Assembly: GCF_018350175.1 (NCBI RefSeq)
Contig: NC_058383.1
Location: 6,140,001 to 6,204,000 of the forward strand
Source: Felis catus
Lineage: Eukaryota
Direction of reading: 5' to 3'
DNA: 64,000 bases
Numbering within the stretch: position 1 is the stretch's first letter; each line of letters opens with the position of its first letter. The notes below the pieces were generated by a model. It had not been told where the DNA came from. It saw nothing but the letters and a program-made list of their open reading frames with translations, and made no database searches. The position numbers and the translations under genes were made by a program. This document shows positions 25,584 to 38,250 of this stretch, in pieces.

Positions 25584-27083
25584 GTCAGAGCAGTGATTTT
25601 GGTTGCCTTTTAGTCTTGTGTGCATGTATGGGTTTGGCTGACTGTGGTTGCGGGGTTCATTCATCCTCTGCATCCAGTGAAGGTCTTGGTGAGGGGATAT
25701 ATGTACGTATCCCGTGCCAGAGGTGTGTGTGTGTCCATATGTTCATGTTCCCGTGTCCCACTCTCTTTAAAGGCAGTAGGACTTTGAAGGGAGCCCCCTT
25801 GTTCAGGGATGGACCTTCCCCTCCCTACTCAAGAGTTGAACAGGAGTTGGAAGGTTTCCATCACCCTGGTTAGGACTTGGTTGTATTTTTGTCGCATTTG
25901 GTAAGCAAGTCTACAAAGTGGTTTCTAGTGGCTTAGTAGTAATATCAGGGATCCCTAGTTTGAGAGAGAGTCAGAATAAGAAGAGAAAAAGCAATTATAA
26001 AGCTGACTTATAAGTGTGTATTTTTACTTTGAGGTAAACTTACGTAACCAGAATCCTGCAATTCCGGTGTGACCAGGAATGCTTTCAAGATATAGAGCTA
26101 AAGGGGATCCTTAAAGAAAAGCCATTTACAACGTATAGTACCCAGGAGGCATTGGGAAAAAGTCGGCCATGTTGCCTGTAACATGGCCAATGAGTCCACC
26201 CTGCAAGGTGGCCCATCCGTTATTTAACCCCATCTCCAGTCATTCCCCAGCCTGAGTCCTCTGTTCTGTGGAGTCTCATTTCCTCCTCCCCAGGCTCATT
26301 TCTCCCTACCTACTTTTGTTCGAGTGGATCCCCTTCTGGGAACTTAACCTTTCTCCTTCTCCTCCTTTGGACCCTGAATCCAGTGCTGTTACTTTGTGAT
26401 GCCTTCCCTGATCGATCTTTTCTCTGCGCGCTCTCCATCTTGCACTGCCTGGGATGCATCCACTGTTCTAGGCCTTTCTCTTTCTAGCTGGTCTCTGAGC
26501 ACTCAGGGCAGGTCCTGATCTGATATGTTTCAGTTAGGAAGGAGCTCAGCTTACCCTCACAAAAAGCAGGGATGTTGTCTTTGTGAGAAGAAAGATCTTC
26601 TCCATTTGCAGGAAATGGAAGTGGATTTAAAAAAAAAAAAAACGTTTATTTTACAGCAGAGACCTCAACTGTGGTCTCTTGGAAACCTGAAAAAACATGT
26701 GAGGTTGTAAACCTCAAGCTTGAGGTGAAGGTATCTTATTGGAGTCTTGTGTCTCTGGATCAGGCTTGTTAAAAACAACAACGTGATTCTTAAAAGATCC
26801 ATGTGTGATATTAGCTATCTCATTAGGATTAATTAACATTAAATAATTGTATCATAGCTTACGTTATAGTTGTATGCAGCCTGCTGTTGTCACCATGAAC
26901 ATGACGGACAGAAGGGTCATGGTTCTAGAATAGGTTTAGCTGATGTAGTAGATGAGACGTAAAACGTCTTCCTGTCATTGCGCTGATGTTGATAGTAGAA
27001 GGTGGAACAGTTACTTTGGACGATTAACTCTGGCCCGTCTGGGGGTGATGTTCTTTTCTGATGCCCGCAAACCCTGCTTCTAG

Positions 27084-27340
27084 GCCTGAACATGCTGCAG
27101 AGCGGCCTGCACAAGCAGCACATGAAGGACCTGTTCGTGGAGCTGTGTCTCACGGTGCCCGTGCGGCTGAGCTCCCTCCTGCCCTACCTGCCCATGTTAA
27201 TGGATCCCCTGGTGTCTGCTCTCAACGGCTCGCAGACGCTGGTCAGCCAAGGCCTGAGGACCCTGGAGCTGTGCGTGGACAACCTACAGCCCGATTTCCT
27301 CTACGACCACATCCAGCCTGTCCGTGCGGAGCTCATGCAG
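27084..27340 (+). CDS. TRRAP: TRRAP exon ~20
   Basis: ctag|...|gtaagt; [11 protein letters not shown]...RAELMQ. Confidence 0.96.
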
Positions 27341-28735
27341 GTAAGTGTGCGTTCTCGCAGGGGCCGGCCCAGCGCCGGCTGTCGGGGGCTCACGGATCCG
27401 GTTTTCCCGGGGCTTCTAGGCTAGTGTTTCCGGAAATGACAGCCCCCCCCCCCCCCCCCCAGTGAGCTGCCTGTGCCCCGTGTTGGGCTCTCTGCAAGAT
27501 GAAGTGGTGTAGTTTTTAACCTCTTCATGAGTCTCCTGGCTTATGAAAAGATGTGTAGAAATATGTATTAAATAGACATTTGTTTTGCAGTGTTGCCCTT
27601 TTCTCAGAGGGTTTTCACGAGGGTCACAGACTCATTTAAGCTGATGACCTGTGAGGGCAGGTGCTGTGGTTACTATGTGCTGCCGGGAAGAGCCTTTCTT
27701 TGTCCACGAGAGATCTCGGGATGCTGCAGTGAAGAGAATCACGCTCCTGAGGAAGTGCAGGTGTTCACTTTCGGGTCAAGGGAAATGAAGCAGATAATTG
27801 AGATGGTTTTGAAAACATGTTTTCTTCCTTAGAGTTTGGATGTCAGATATCAGGTTTTGCCTTCACGTTTTGCTGTCGTTACGGATTTGTAATGTAGTCG
27901 GTAATTGTTAGAAGTGTAGGCTGCCTGTCACTGTACTGCCTCTCTGCTTTGGAGTATTTGGCCCCAACTAGAGGTCCGAATGCCAGCTTCAAAGGGTGGA
28001 GACTCAGTAACCCTAAAAGACAGGAGTCTGAATTGGAAACTGCAGTGTGCACTTGAAGCTGGGTTTGGGAGACTTTCCTCCCCAGTCCTGAGATGGGGAC
28101 CCTGTGTGCCATCTGGGTGGGAGAGGATGGGCCTGGCGGTTGGGTCAGGGCCTCCAAGTCCACTTTCCCAGCCGTCCTTTGGAGGATTGACGGAGAGCCT
28201 GCCTCAGGAGAGAATGGCACTGTTGGTTCTGGAAGGCAGACCCTGGGCCTGACCCAGGTGTGGGTGAGCAGCATGTGGGAGGAGGAAGTGGGGCTGGGCT
28301 CATGGGCCTCTTGCTGTTTCATGAGGCAGACAGTCCTGCGAGACAGGGGCGAGGCTCCTTCCTGCTTTTGGAGCCCCAGTAATCCCCACCCCCCACACTA
28401 GACAAGTGTCATAGTCTGTTTCTCTGTGGTCTCCTCAACCAGCACTCGCTCCCAGTGCCACCCCCTCCCGGGGGGTTAAGCAGAAATTCCCTCTCCTGAG
28501 GGTACATGAGGAGTGGTGGGGCCGGGTGGAGCAGTAGAGGTTGGGGGGGGGGGGGGTTGCTTAGCACCTCTCAGCAGAGGTTCCTGATGGACAGGGCTTG
28601 GTGGACCTTTAGGAACATTAGAGAAGTAGAAATTTTGCTTTAAAGAAAATTCTAAGATTTTACGTTGGCTGTTGCTAGATGCTAATATCTGGTATTGTTA
28701 TGGAAGGTGATCTAAGAAAATAGACTTAAATAGAC

Positions 28736-28947
28736 TTTTTTTTTTTTTTTAAGTTTGAGAGAGAGAGCACACCTGCACCTGCACATGAACCGGAGAGGGA
28801 CAGAGAGAGAGCGAGAGAATCCCAAGCTGGTTCCTTGCTGTCCATGCAGAGCCCAGCAAGGGGCTCAAACTCACGAACTGTGAGATCACTGTTCTGAGTC
28901 AAAATCAGGAGTCGGACATTAAACCAAATGAGCTGCCCAGGTGCCCC
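28736..28947 (-). mobile_element. Can-SINE (older subfamily)
   Basis: Antisense body with agagaatcccaagc motif. Confidence 0.88.
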
Positions 28948-29633
28948 TAGACAGACATAGTAATTTTGAGGACTTAGATAGTTTAGGTGAAAGAATGTGG
29001 GAAGATTGACAAGAGTTTTTTGAAACAGTTGAGTGTGTGTGGTCCTTATACACTGATACAAGGTGCGCGTACTTGTTATCTGTTCCCAGAATGCGGGGCC
29101 TGTCATGATTGTGTTTTCGCCCTTCACCATCCTTTCTAACATGAAGTTTGAAATGTATAAGATCGTTTATATATCCTATTCGTAGGAATTTATCTTGTTT
29201 GTAAGTTATAAAGCCTAATAATCAAAGTAAAAACCTGAGAACTCACCATCAAATCCAGGACAAGAACTTTAACAGTAAAGAGCATTTCCCTCCATGCCTC
29301 TTCTGGTCCCATTTTGTATATATGTTTAGACGATATATTGCTTAGTTTTCTTGCTCTTGAGCTCTGCGATATTTATCATATGCTACTGTGTGTGTTTCAG
29401 GAGCATGGAAGAACATTTATATCTGCGTTTTCTTTTAAAGAAAATTTTTCTGGAAGAATACATAAGATTAATAACATTGGCTTCTCCCAATAAGGGGAAA
29501 TTTGTGTTTGGGGGACAGAGATGGGAGGAAGAATTTTTGCTGTATAATTTTCCATAACTTGAAAAGTTTGATTTGTGAACCATGAGGATGCCTTGCCTTG
29601 CAAGGATTTTAATCAAAGTACTTTGGTTTTTAG

Positions 29634-29834
29634 GCTTTGTGGCGCACTTTACGCAATCCTGCTGATAGCATTTCTCACGTGGCCTATCGTGTACTTGGTA
29701 AATTTGGTGGCAGTAACAGGAAGATGTTGAAGGAGTCCCAGAAGCTGCACTATGTTGTGACCGAGGTTCAAGGCCCCAGTATCACGGTGGAGTTTTCTGA
29801 TTGTAAAGCATCTCTTCAGCTCCCGATGGAGAAG
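29634..29834 (+). CDS. TRRAP: TRRAP exon ~21
   Basis: ttag|...|gtaaat; ALWRTLRNPAD...QLPMEK. Confidence 0.96.
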
Positions 29835-29945
29835 GTAAATTTGGAAACCTGCAGGAGCTTCTTAAAGATACTATACATTTCATTTTAAGAAAGTGAATTT
29901 CTGTTTGCAAATACATAAATAAAACATGTCTTTCTTGCCAGGGAA

Positions 29946-30058
29946 TTTCTTTTTTAAGATTTCGTTTGTAAGTAAGCTCTATACCCAGTGTGGGGCTCTA
30001 ACTCACAACCCCAAGATCAAGAGTCAAATGCTCTCCTGACTGAGCCAGGCAGGTGCCC
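29946..30058 (-). mobile_element. Short/old Can-SINE
   Basis: Same short type as 19242-19336. Confidence 0.78.
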
Positions 30059-30715
30059 TTTGGGAGGGCGTTTCTAGCTCAAAGGACAGACTGTTTTGGG
30101 GGACCAGCTTGGGTGGCAAAGGGGCTTTCCTAACACCAGGAGGCCGGTGGGGGTGTACTGCCCGGAGAACTCTGGACCCTTGAGCAGTTTCATGTTTCCC
30201 GATGGAGCAGGAGACACTGCCGCCCAGCCCACCCCTTCCTTGAACTTAGTCCGTTTCACTGTCTAACAGGCTTTACTTCAAGTGTCATTAGAACCCAAGT
30301 TTATCCCATACTTGTCATTCCTGAGCACCCACGTCTCCCATTCTCTGTCCAGACGTAGCACCTGCTGTCTCTCCTGGCTCCTGAGCCCTCTGCGGGCAGC
30401 TCTGTGGTCTCTCTCCATCTGCCATTTGGAACTCCTGTCTCGTTGGGTAGCAAATGGGCAGACAGCGTGCCCAGCATCATGCCCGAGTGTCCACTCTGCT
30501 ACTTTTGCTTTGTCATTTTGAAAACTGTTCCCCCTTTCACCTCATCGAGCCCTCCTGGTCCTTTGTCACATGCATGTTGGTCCACTTTACCATGATCTAC
30601 ATTGTTGAGGTTGACTTCTCCGCCTTATTGTAGAGCCAGCCTTCTTCTACCCTCCCTTAGAACTTTTGTTACCGTGTCTTTTCAGGATGTTTATCTAGTC
30701 GTTACATACTGGGTA

Positions 30716-30922
30716 TTTTTTTTTTTTTTTAACGTTTTGTTTATTTTTGAGAGAGAGTATGCAAGTTGGGGAGGGGCAGAGAGAGAGGAGGACAGGGAAT
30801 CTGAAGCGGGCTCGGCACTGACCGCAGCAAGCCTGATGCGGGGTTTGAGCTCACGCACCAAACTGAGATCGTAACCCGAGCCAAAGTCGGACGCTCACCC
30901 AACTGGGCCACCCAGGCATCCC
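30716..30922 (-). mobile_element. Can-SINE
   Basis: Antisense body; short TSD tactgg. Confidence 0.9.
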
Positions 30923-32422
30923 GTACTGGCTGTTTTTTTAAAGGGTGTTAGAGTAGGCCTCTGCGTGCATCTAAATGACTCCGCCATTTTAGTAAGCCAG
31001 ATGCCAGCTGGATTCCTGAACTCCTTGCAGACAGATCTGGTCTTAAACCAGCATTTCGTGGCCTGGACCCACTCAAAGCCCTCCCTTTGCTCAGGGCTAA
31101 CTGTCCTGTTGTGTCATAGTGTAGAGCTCTGCCTGTTCACTTCTCTGTATTCAAACCTTACCCACATAGTGAGTTCTGTGATTTTTTTTCTTTTTTTTCA
31201 ATCAGGCTTTATTAAACATCTATGGGGAACGATGCCCATCATGGATAAATGTCCCTCCGGGGTTCTCATCCATCATCCTCTCTCAATATCCTGTATCCCC
31301 CACTTCTCAAGCACTCACATTGTCCCTGACCCTCTCCCAGCCCGTAGATAGGTGTTCTCTCCAGACCTCACAGTGAGATGCAACCCTAGCTTCTCCCCCA
31401 AACCTTAATAAAAATATTTGCCAAATAAGCACTAGTTTCCTCCTAAGAGAATACAGCTAAAATGCTGCCTTTACATTGCAAGTTACTGAAGTGAACATCC
31501 TGTGTCTGAAGCACGTTCCCACAGTGTAGGTAATGTCTTAACCCAGGACTGTTTGCTTCAGCCCTGTCAGTGGCAAGCTTGGTATTAGTCGTGAAAACTA
31601 AGGTATCTGACTTTCATTTGATGCTGCATAGACTAAGCAGAGCAGGAAATCTCTTTAGAAGTAGTTTTTCCCCCAAAGAAGAAACCAAGTTTTGAAGATT
31701 GGCTCCCACATCCTCCTGGACTCCCCTACAGACTTCGGGTGCACGAGGGGCTGGTTTCCTAGCAGGCAGAGGCCGAGGGCACGCAACACCCCACACAGCT
31801 GGTGGGGCTGCCGGGGCCAAGGGCATGAGCTCATGGCCAAGCCAGGTGCTGGCGAATTCTCACAAATAATCCTACTTGTGGCACGTTACAACGCTCTGTT
31901 CTTTCGGCAGGTAATTGGCTCAAAGGTTGCATTGATTCTTACTGCTTCTGAAATTGTCTCCACATGATTTGTTACCTGTTGGTGACCAGGGCAGAGGTGG
32001 TGGGAGGAGGGACAGTGCTGCGGTGCCCTGGGCTCGGGCACAACAGTGAGGACCTGTTGTCATGCTCTTTGTGACCGTGTGTGAGTGTTTAGGGCAGGGC
32101 TGCTGGCCCTGTCAGCATCCACTGCTTCCTCACACACAGCCTAGATGAATCTTTTAACGCCCATCACTTCTTCTGCTTACAGGGTTTATAGCTATAGAAT
32201 TGTCATTGAGGCTAATCTCTTAGCTATTAAGGGCTTCACATGATTTTTTGTTTATGATTATGCCTCCCCAGTCTTCCTGGTCAACCTAATTGAACAGGAT
32301 AAAATGTACATATAACTGTGTAGGTTTTCTGAAAAAATAAAGAAAGCTCTTTTGTCTTGTAAAGAGAGAATTTTGTGGTCAGGTAATTTCTGCATAAACT
32401 ACGCTTTTTGTGTTTGCCGTAG

Positions 32423-32574
32423 GCCATCGAAACCGCTCTAGACTGCCTGAAGAGCGCCAACACGGAGCCTTACTACCGGAGGCAGGCGTGGGAGGTGATC
32501 AAGTGCTTCCTGGTGGCAATGATGAGTCTGGAGGACAATAAACATGCCCTCTACCAGCTTCTCGCACACCCTAA
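32423..32574 (+). CDS. TRRAP: TRRAP exon ~22
   Basis: gtag|...|gtatgt; AIETALDCLKS...QLLAHP(N). Confidence 0.96.
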
Positions 32575-33169
32575 GTATGTTGGGGACGTGGTTTTCTGTG
32601 ATTAGTGCATCTTCCATCAGGATTTAGGGTGGAGAGCACCTCCCAGATCTCCACGGTGCTAGGACTTTGCTCCGTCAAGTCGGGAAGTCAGCCTGTGATC
32701 TGCCTAGTGATGCTTCTCTGGGCTTTTCGAGAAAATGAAGAGGCGAAACTGGGTGCTTGAGGATTAGAATTTACCTCCTTTGTAGTCTGACTGTTGCCTC
32801 CTGAGGCTGTCAGCTTCAGGGAGCAAGGGTCCTGGCCTTTTCTGTCCTGTTATGAACCATTATATCCTTAGCGCTGGGCACGTGATAGACGTTCAGCGGA
32901 TCTTTTGCTTTTCTGATCCATGGTGACCCTTCCATTCCCCAGATGCTTGTCATGTGATATTTATATTTGTTCTTATCAGTTATTGCTATGACCTTAGGTG
33001 GTGGCCTTTTGTGATCATGTGTGGGTGTTAATCTTTCTGTGTCACATTGCAGGGAGGGGACTTTGGCTCTGTATTTACACGTTTCTCAGAGCATCGGTGA
33101 TGGGTGGTCCATGCACTGTCAGTGAGGCCTCTAATAACCGGGTCTGATATAGTTCCCGTGGTGATTTTT

Positions 33170-33388
33170 CCTTTCTTTTCTTTTTATTTTTTTAAATGTT
33201 TTCTTTATTTTTGAGAGAGAGAGAGAGAGAGACAGAGAGCTAGCAGGGGAGGGGCAGAGAGAGAGGGAGACACAGAATCTGAAGCTGAGCTGTCAGCACG
33301 GAGCCCAATGTAGGGCCCAAACCCATGAACTGTGAGATCATGACCTGAGCCAAAGTCGGACGCTTAAGACTGAGCCACCCAGGCACCT
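33170..33388 (-). mobile_element. Can-SINE
   Basis: Antisense body; TSD gtgatttttc. Confidence 0.9.
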
Positions 33389-33449
33389 TGGCATGGTGTG
33401 ATTTTTCAACATACAATAGGTGTATAGCTGCCTTCAAGAGTTTTCATTT

Positions 33450-33674
33450 GGGGCGCCTGGGTGGCGCAGTCGGTTAAGCGTCCGACTTCAGCCAGGTCAC
33501 GATCTCGCGGTCCGTGAGTTCGAGCCCCGCGTCAGGCTCTGGGCTGATGGCTCAGAGCCTGGAGCCTGTTTCAGATTCTGTGTCTCCCTCTCTCTCTGAC
33601 CCTCCCTCGTTCATGCTCTGTCTCTCTCTGTCCCAAAAATAAATAAACGTTGAAAAAAAAAATTAAAAAAAAAA
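33450..33674 (+). mobile_element. Can-SINE, young felid subfamily
   Basis: GTGGCGCAGTCGG...TTCAGCCAGGTCACG variant; TSD gttttcattt. Confidence 0.94.
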
Positions 33675-33705
33675 GGGTTTTCATTTCTATTTGATTGTTG
33701 ATGGG

Positions 33706-33923
33706 TTTCTTTCTTTTTTTTTTTTTTTTAAAGTTTATTTTTGAGAGAGAGAGATAGCGCGAGTGGGGGAGGAGCAGAGAGAAAGGGAGAACCAGAATCT
33801 GAAACAGGCTCCAGGCTCTGAGCTGTCAGCACAGAGCCCAATGCGCGGCTTGAACTCAAAATGGCAAGATCATGACATAGGCCAAAGTCGGATGCTTAAC
33901 CGACTGAGCCACCCAGGCACCCC
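33706..33923 (-). mobile_element. Can-SINE
   Basis: Antisense body with long T tail. Confidence 0.92.
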
Positions 33924-34290
33924 AAATGATTGGTTTATTTCTTAGAATTTGACTTAGTTATAAAAGACAGAAGTCCAACATCCACTTTCTTTAAAAACTA
34001 TAAAGATACTAAATCTGCTGCCACAGTGTAATTTTGCTCTGATTCCTTGCCTGTGCTCATATTAGGTAGAACACACTTGGGATCTCTTGAACCATTGGTT
34101 ATAGATATTCTTGATGAAGTTCATCCTGTTTGAATCCAGGTGTTACTGGAATTAAAGCAGAGAAATGAACGCACTTCGGCCTGTCTGAACAAGGGAAGGT
34201 TGGCAAGCTGAAAATGAAAACAGAAGTGCTGGTGACATCATCAGCTCGGGACTTTGGTGTTGTGATGACAGATCCAATCTTGTCTTTCAG

Positions 34291-34490
34291 CTTTACAGAA
34301 AAGACCATCCCTAATGTCATCATATCACATCGCTACAAAGCACAGGACACTCCAGCTCGGAAGACGTTTGAGCAGGCCCTGACCGGGGCGTTCATGTCTG
34401 CCGTCATTAAGGATCTCCGGCCCAGCGCCCTGCCCTTTGTCGCCAGCTTGATCCGCCACTACACGATGGTGGCAGTTGCCCAGCAGTGCG
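34291..34490 (+). CDS. TRRAP: TRRAP exon ~23
   Basis: tcag|...|gtgagt; FTEKTIPNVII...VAQQC(G). Confidence 0.96.
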
Positions 34491-35454
34491 GTGAGTGGGG
34501 CGGTGCAAGTGCTCACGTGACTTCCTTAGGCTGCTTCCGAAGCTCCACAAGGACTTCATGGTATTTCAGAGAAGCCGTTTGGCTGGTTGATTTTTGGCCT
34601 TTGCTTTTTTAATCCCCACTTATTGCGGGATAATTGATATTTCAGTGATGGGTGCAACATTAACTTAAAAATTGTTACCACGTTTCATTTGTAAAATATG
34701 TCCGTTTAATATTTTGGCCCTTTGTTTTTCATGAAAATGGGGCGGTATACTTTTGGGCACTCCGTGTGTAAAAGTTTGTGGTCCCCCTTGTTGCTGGTCT
34801 TTCTTGTGTTGTTTTCCAAGGCCGAGCCTCCCCCTCTGTCCTCCTGCTGTCAGCTGGCTTCCCCCAAGTCTTTGTGCTTTTCTCGGTTCCTGGAGTGGTC
34901 ATCCCTGCCACCCCTCAGGCTCTGGATGGGGACGGGCCACTTTTGTTTGTCTCTTTGCTTCTCTTCCTAATCCATCCAGACGGGTGCTTTTGCAGAAGGC
35001 AATAAAATGTCCTGACACTGTCAGTTGCTGTGTAAGTTTCTGAACACTTACTCTCAGCTTCTGCAGCTCCTCCCAGACTGGCGCTGGGCAGGTGTTCCCA
35101 AGATCCCTCACCCTCCAGAGCAGCAAAGCAACTTCCTTTGAACACCGCAGAACACCTAGAACTTTCCTCTTGTATCTCTCCTTGGCTTTCTTGGCCCGGA
35201 TAGTCAATGCTGTAAGGTTTATTTTAGATCATTCCTCAGTGTCTCTCCGTTAATGTCTTTTCCAGCAGACTTGTAAGCTGCTTGATAATGCCTATCTTGC
35301 TAGGTGCCTCCAAGGCATTAATTAATAGCAGCTTATTTTCTGTGTGTTGGGTGTCAGGCCCAAGTTGCTTTTGAATTGTTATTTGTATGTCAGGAAGTCC
35401 AGAGCATAGCCCACAGTCATTTCTGTGCTGTGCCCCTTGGTCTCTTCAATGATT

Positions 35455-35663
35455 TTTACTTTTTTTTCTTTATGTTTAATTTATTTTTGAGAGAGAGCAT
35501 GAGTTGGGGAGGGGCAGAGAGAGAGGGAGGCTCAGAATCTGAAGCAGGCTCCAGGCTCCGAGCTGTCAGCACAGAGCCCGATGCCGGGCTCGAACTCATG
35601 AACCACAAGATCATGACCTGTGCCGAAGTCGGATGCTTAACCGACGGGGCACCCAGCCCTCCC
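35455..35663 (-). mobile_element. Can-SINE
   Basis: Antisense body. Confidence 0.9.
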
Positions 35664-35860
35664 TAATTTTTTAAAACAAGGAACCTGATGGTGATTTTCA
35701 TTTTAAACTAATGCATTTTTGAGTTATGACCGAGAAAATCTGAAAAGAATACTGTTTATAACGGAAATAATTCAGAAAAATCACCTTAGTGTGAATTAGA
35801 CCACTTAGTTTACAAGTAATTGCAACTTAACAGAAGTTGGTCTAAAGTACCAGTGCTGGC

Positions 35861-36177
35861 AAATTAGTCGGAGAAGAGCAAGTCTCATATCGTTTCATTC
35901 ATAGGAGGTCTTTAAGATACAAAACAGATGAACATAAGGGAAGGGAAACAAAAATAACATAAAAACAGGGAGGGGGAGGGGGCGCCTGGGTGGCGCAGTC
36001 GGTTAAGCGTCCGACTTCAGCCAGGTCACGATCTCGCGGTCCGGGAGTTCGAGCCCCGCGTTGGGCTCTGGGCTGATGACTCAGAGCCTGGAGCCTGTTT
36101 CCGATTCTGTGTCTCCCTCTCTCTCTGCCCCTCCCCCGTTCATGCTCTGTCTCTCTCTGTCCCAAAAATAAATAAAT

Positions 36178-36208
<31 letters not shown>

Positions 36209-36425
36209 AGGGAGGGGGACAAAACATAAGATACTCTTAAATATAGACAACAAACAGAGGGTTGCTGGAGGGGTTTTGTGGGGGGTGGGACAGGCTAAAT
36301 GGGTAAGGGGCACTAAGGAATCTACTCCTGAAATCATTGTTGCACTATATGCTAACTAATTTGGATGAAAATTTAAAAATAAATAAGTTATTAATTAAAA
36401 AGTTTTTTCAGAAAGGAAAAAAAAA
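35861..36425 (+). mobile_element. 5'-truncated carnivore L1 3' UTR, interrupted by a SINE
   Basis: aaaacagatgaacataagggaagggaa...aacaaacagagggttgctggaggg...gttgcactatatgctaactaa plus A-rich tail; flanked by aaagtaccag repeats (35844, 36423). Confidence 0.88.
35979..36202 (+). mobile_element. Can-SINE, young felid subfamily, nested in L1
   Basis: Perfect 17-bp TSD aaaaacagggaggggga (35961-35977, 36203-36219); (AAAAC)n tail. Confidence 0.95.
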
Positions 36426-36483
36426 GTACCAGCGTGGGCTTTTATTGAGCTCCTGACCTCTAGTTTGAAAACGAGGTAGTTTA

Positions 36484-37066
36484 GGGGTGCCTGGCTGTTG
36501 GAGTTGGTAGAGTATGCAAGCCTTGATCCTCAGTCTCATGCGTTTGAGCCCCATGTTGGGTGCAGAGACTACTAAAAACACAAACTTAAAAAAGTTTTAG
36601 GGGCGCCTGGGTGGCTCGGTCATTTAAGCATCCGACTCATGATCTTAGCTCAGGTCATGATCTCGCTGTCATGAGCTCGAACCCTGCATGGGGCTCTGCG
36701 CTGACAGTGCAGAGCCCACTTGGGATCCTCTCTTTCCCTCTCTCTCTCTCTGCCCCTTCCCTGCTTGCACAGGCGCACGCTCACTCTCACTCTCTCCCTA
36801 AAAATAAATAAACTTAAGTGTTTTAAAAATGAGGTAGTTTTGGGGCGCCTGGGTGGCTCAGTCGGTTAAGCGTCCGACTTCGGCTCAGGTCATGATCTCA
36901 CAGTTTGTGAGTTCAAGCCCCGTGTCGGGCTCTGTGCTGAGAGCTCAGAGCCTGGAGCCTGTTTCCGATTCTGTGTCTCCCTCTCTCTGACCCTCCCCTG
37001 TTCACGCTCTGTCTCTCCCTGTCTCAAAAATAAATAAAACGTTAAAAAAAATTAAAAAAAAAAAAA
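36484..37066 (+). mobile_element. Three tandem Can-SINEs (about 36484-36592 short/old, 36600-36812, 36842-37066)
   Basis: Three heads; target motif aaaa[c/t]gaggtagttt present three times. Confidence 0.92.
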
Positions 37067-37149
37067 TGAGGTAGTTTTGCCATTTGAGGGACAAGAACGT
37101 CCATGGAAATAACCTTGACTTTCTCCCATGCCTGCTGCCTCTCTTTCAG

Positions 37150-37367
37150 GTCCTTTCCTGCTTCCTTGCTACCAGGTGGGCAGCCAGCCCAGCACAGCCA
37201 TGTTCCACAGTGAAGAAAATGGGTCCAAAGGAATGGATCCCTTGGTCCTAATTGATGCAATAGCCATTTGCATGGCATACGAGGAAAAGGAGCTTTGCAA
37301 GATTGGAGAGGTGGCACTAGCTGTGATATTTGATGTTGCCAGTATCATCCTGGGCTCAAAGGAGAGG
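37150..37367 (+). CDS. TRRAP: TRRAP exon ~24
   Basis: tcag|...|gtaagg; PFLLPCYQVGS...LGSKER. Confidence 0.96.
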
Positions 37368-37488
37368 GTAAGGAAAGACTGAGAAGCAGCTGCTCTTTTG
37401 GGGGTGTTTGTGCCTGCGGGTAGCCTGGAAACTGGCGGTTTAAGAGTTGCAGTGACATGATAGTTTGTGCTTCTGTTTTTCTCCCCAG

Positions 37489-37686
37489 GCGTGCCAGCTG
37501 CCTCTGTTTTCTTACATCGTAGAACGCTTGTGTGCGTGTTGCTATGAGCAGGCCTGGTATGCAAAGCTGGGGGGTGTGGTGTCCATTAAATTTCTCATGG
37601 AGCGGCTGCCTCTCACTTGGGTTCTCCAGAACCAGCAGACGTTCCTCAAAGCGCTTCTCTTTGTCATGATGGACTTGACTGGAGAG
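37489..37686 (+). CDS. TRRAP: TRRAP exon ~25
   Basis: ccag|...|gtaggt; ACQLPLFSYIV...MDLTGE. Confidence 0.96.
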
Positions 37687-38250
37687 GTAGGTAATGGGTG
37701 GTCCCAAACCTAACCAAGCTGTTCCAGAAACTGATTTGCCTGGAGAATAGTTAGTATGAGGCAGTTCTGGAAATGGGCTCTCCTAGCAGCTCAGATTTCG
37801 TTATGGCATCTTTAATAAAAGGACAGGTCAGAACCACCATAGGCTCTCCCTGGTTGTCTAAATATCTGTCTGCCTTGCTAAGGGATGGTCACAGGCCAGA
37901 GTACATAACACAGCACATCTCTCTGTAAAGGGAAACAATACTTCTCACTCTTGCCGTAGAGCTAAATAGTGCAGGTGCTGCAGGAGTTTCTGTGGAAGCT
38001 GCATTTTTCTGAACCTATGTGCAGGTGTAACTCGAACAAATAGAATACAGCGGGCATTGCCAGCTCGTCTGTCGCATAAGTATAAGGAGTGTGTCCAGAT
38101 CTGCATTTTCTTTTCTGAGTGACCTATGGAAATTGTAGGAAGGCGACTTGGCCCCTGAAGTACTGAACGGGGGTTGTTAAATTAGCTGGTGCAAGGGGTG
38201 CAGGCGCTCAGCCACAGCCCTTTTCGTTCTGAGGAGTCCCTGGCCTGCAG

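Noticed and set aside
26165..26188. 9-bp perfect hairpin ggccatgtt-gcctgt-aacatggcc
   Set aside because: Too short for a pre-miRNA; a stem of this size can arise by chance in 64 kb
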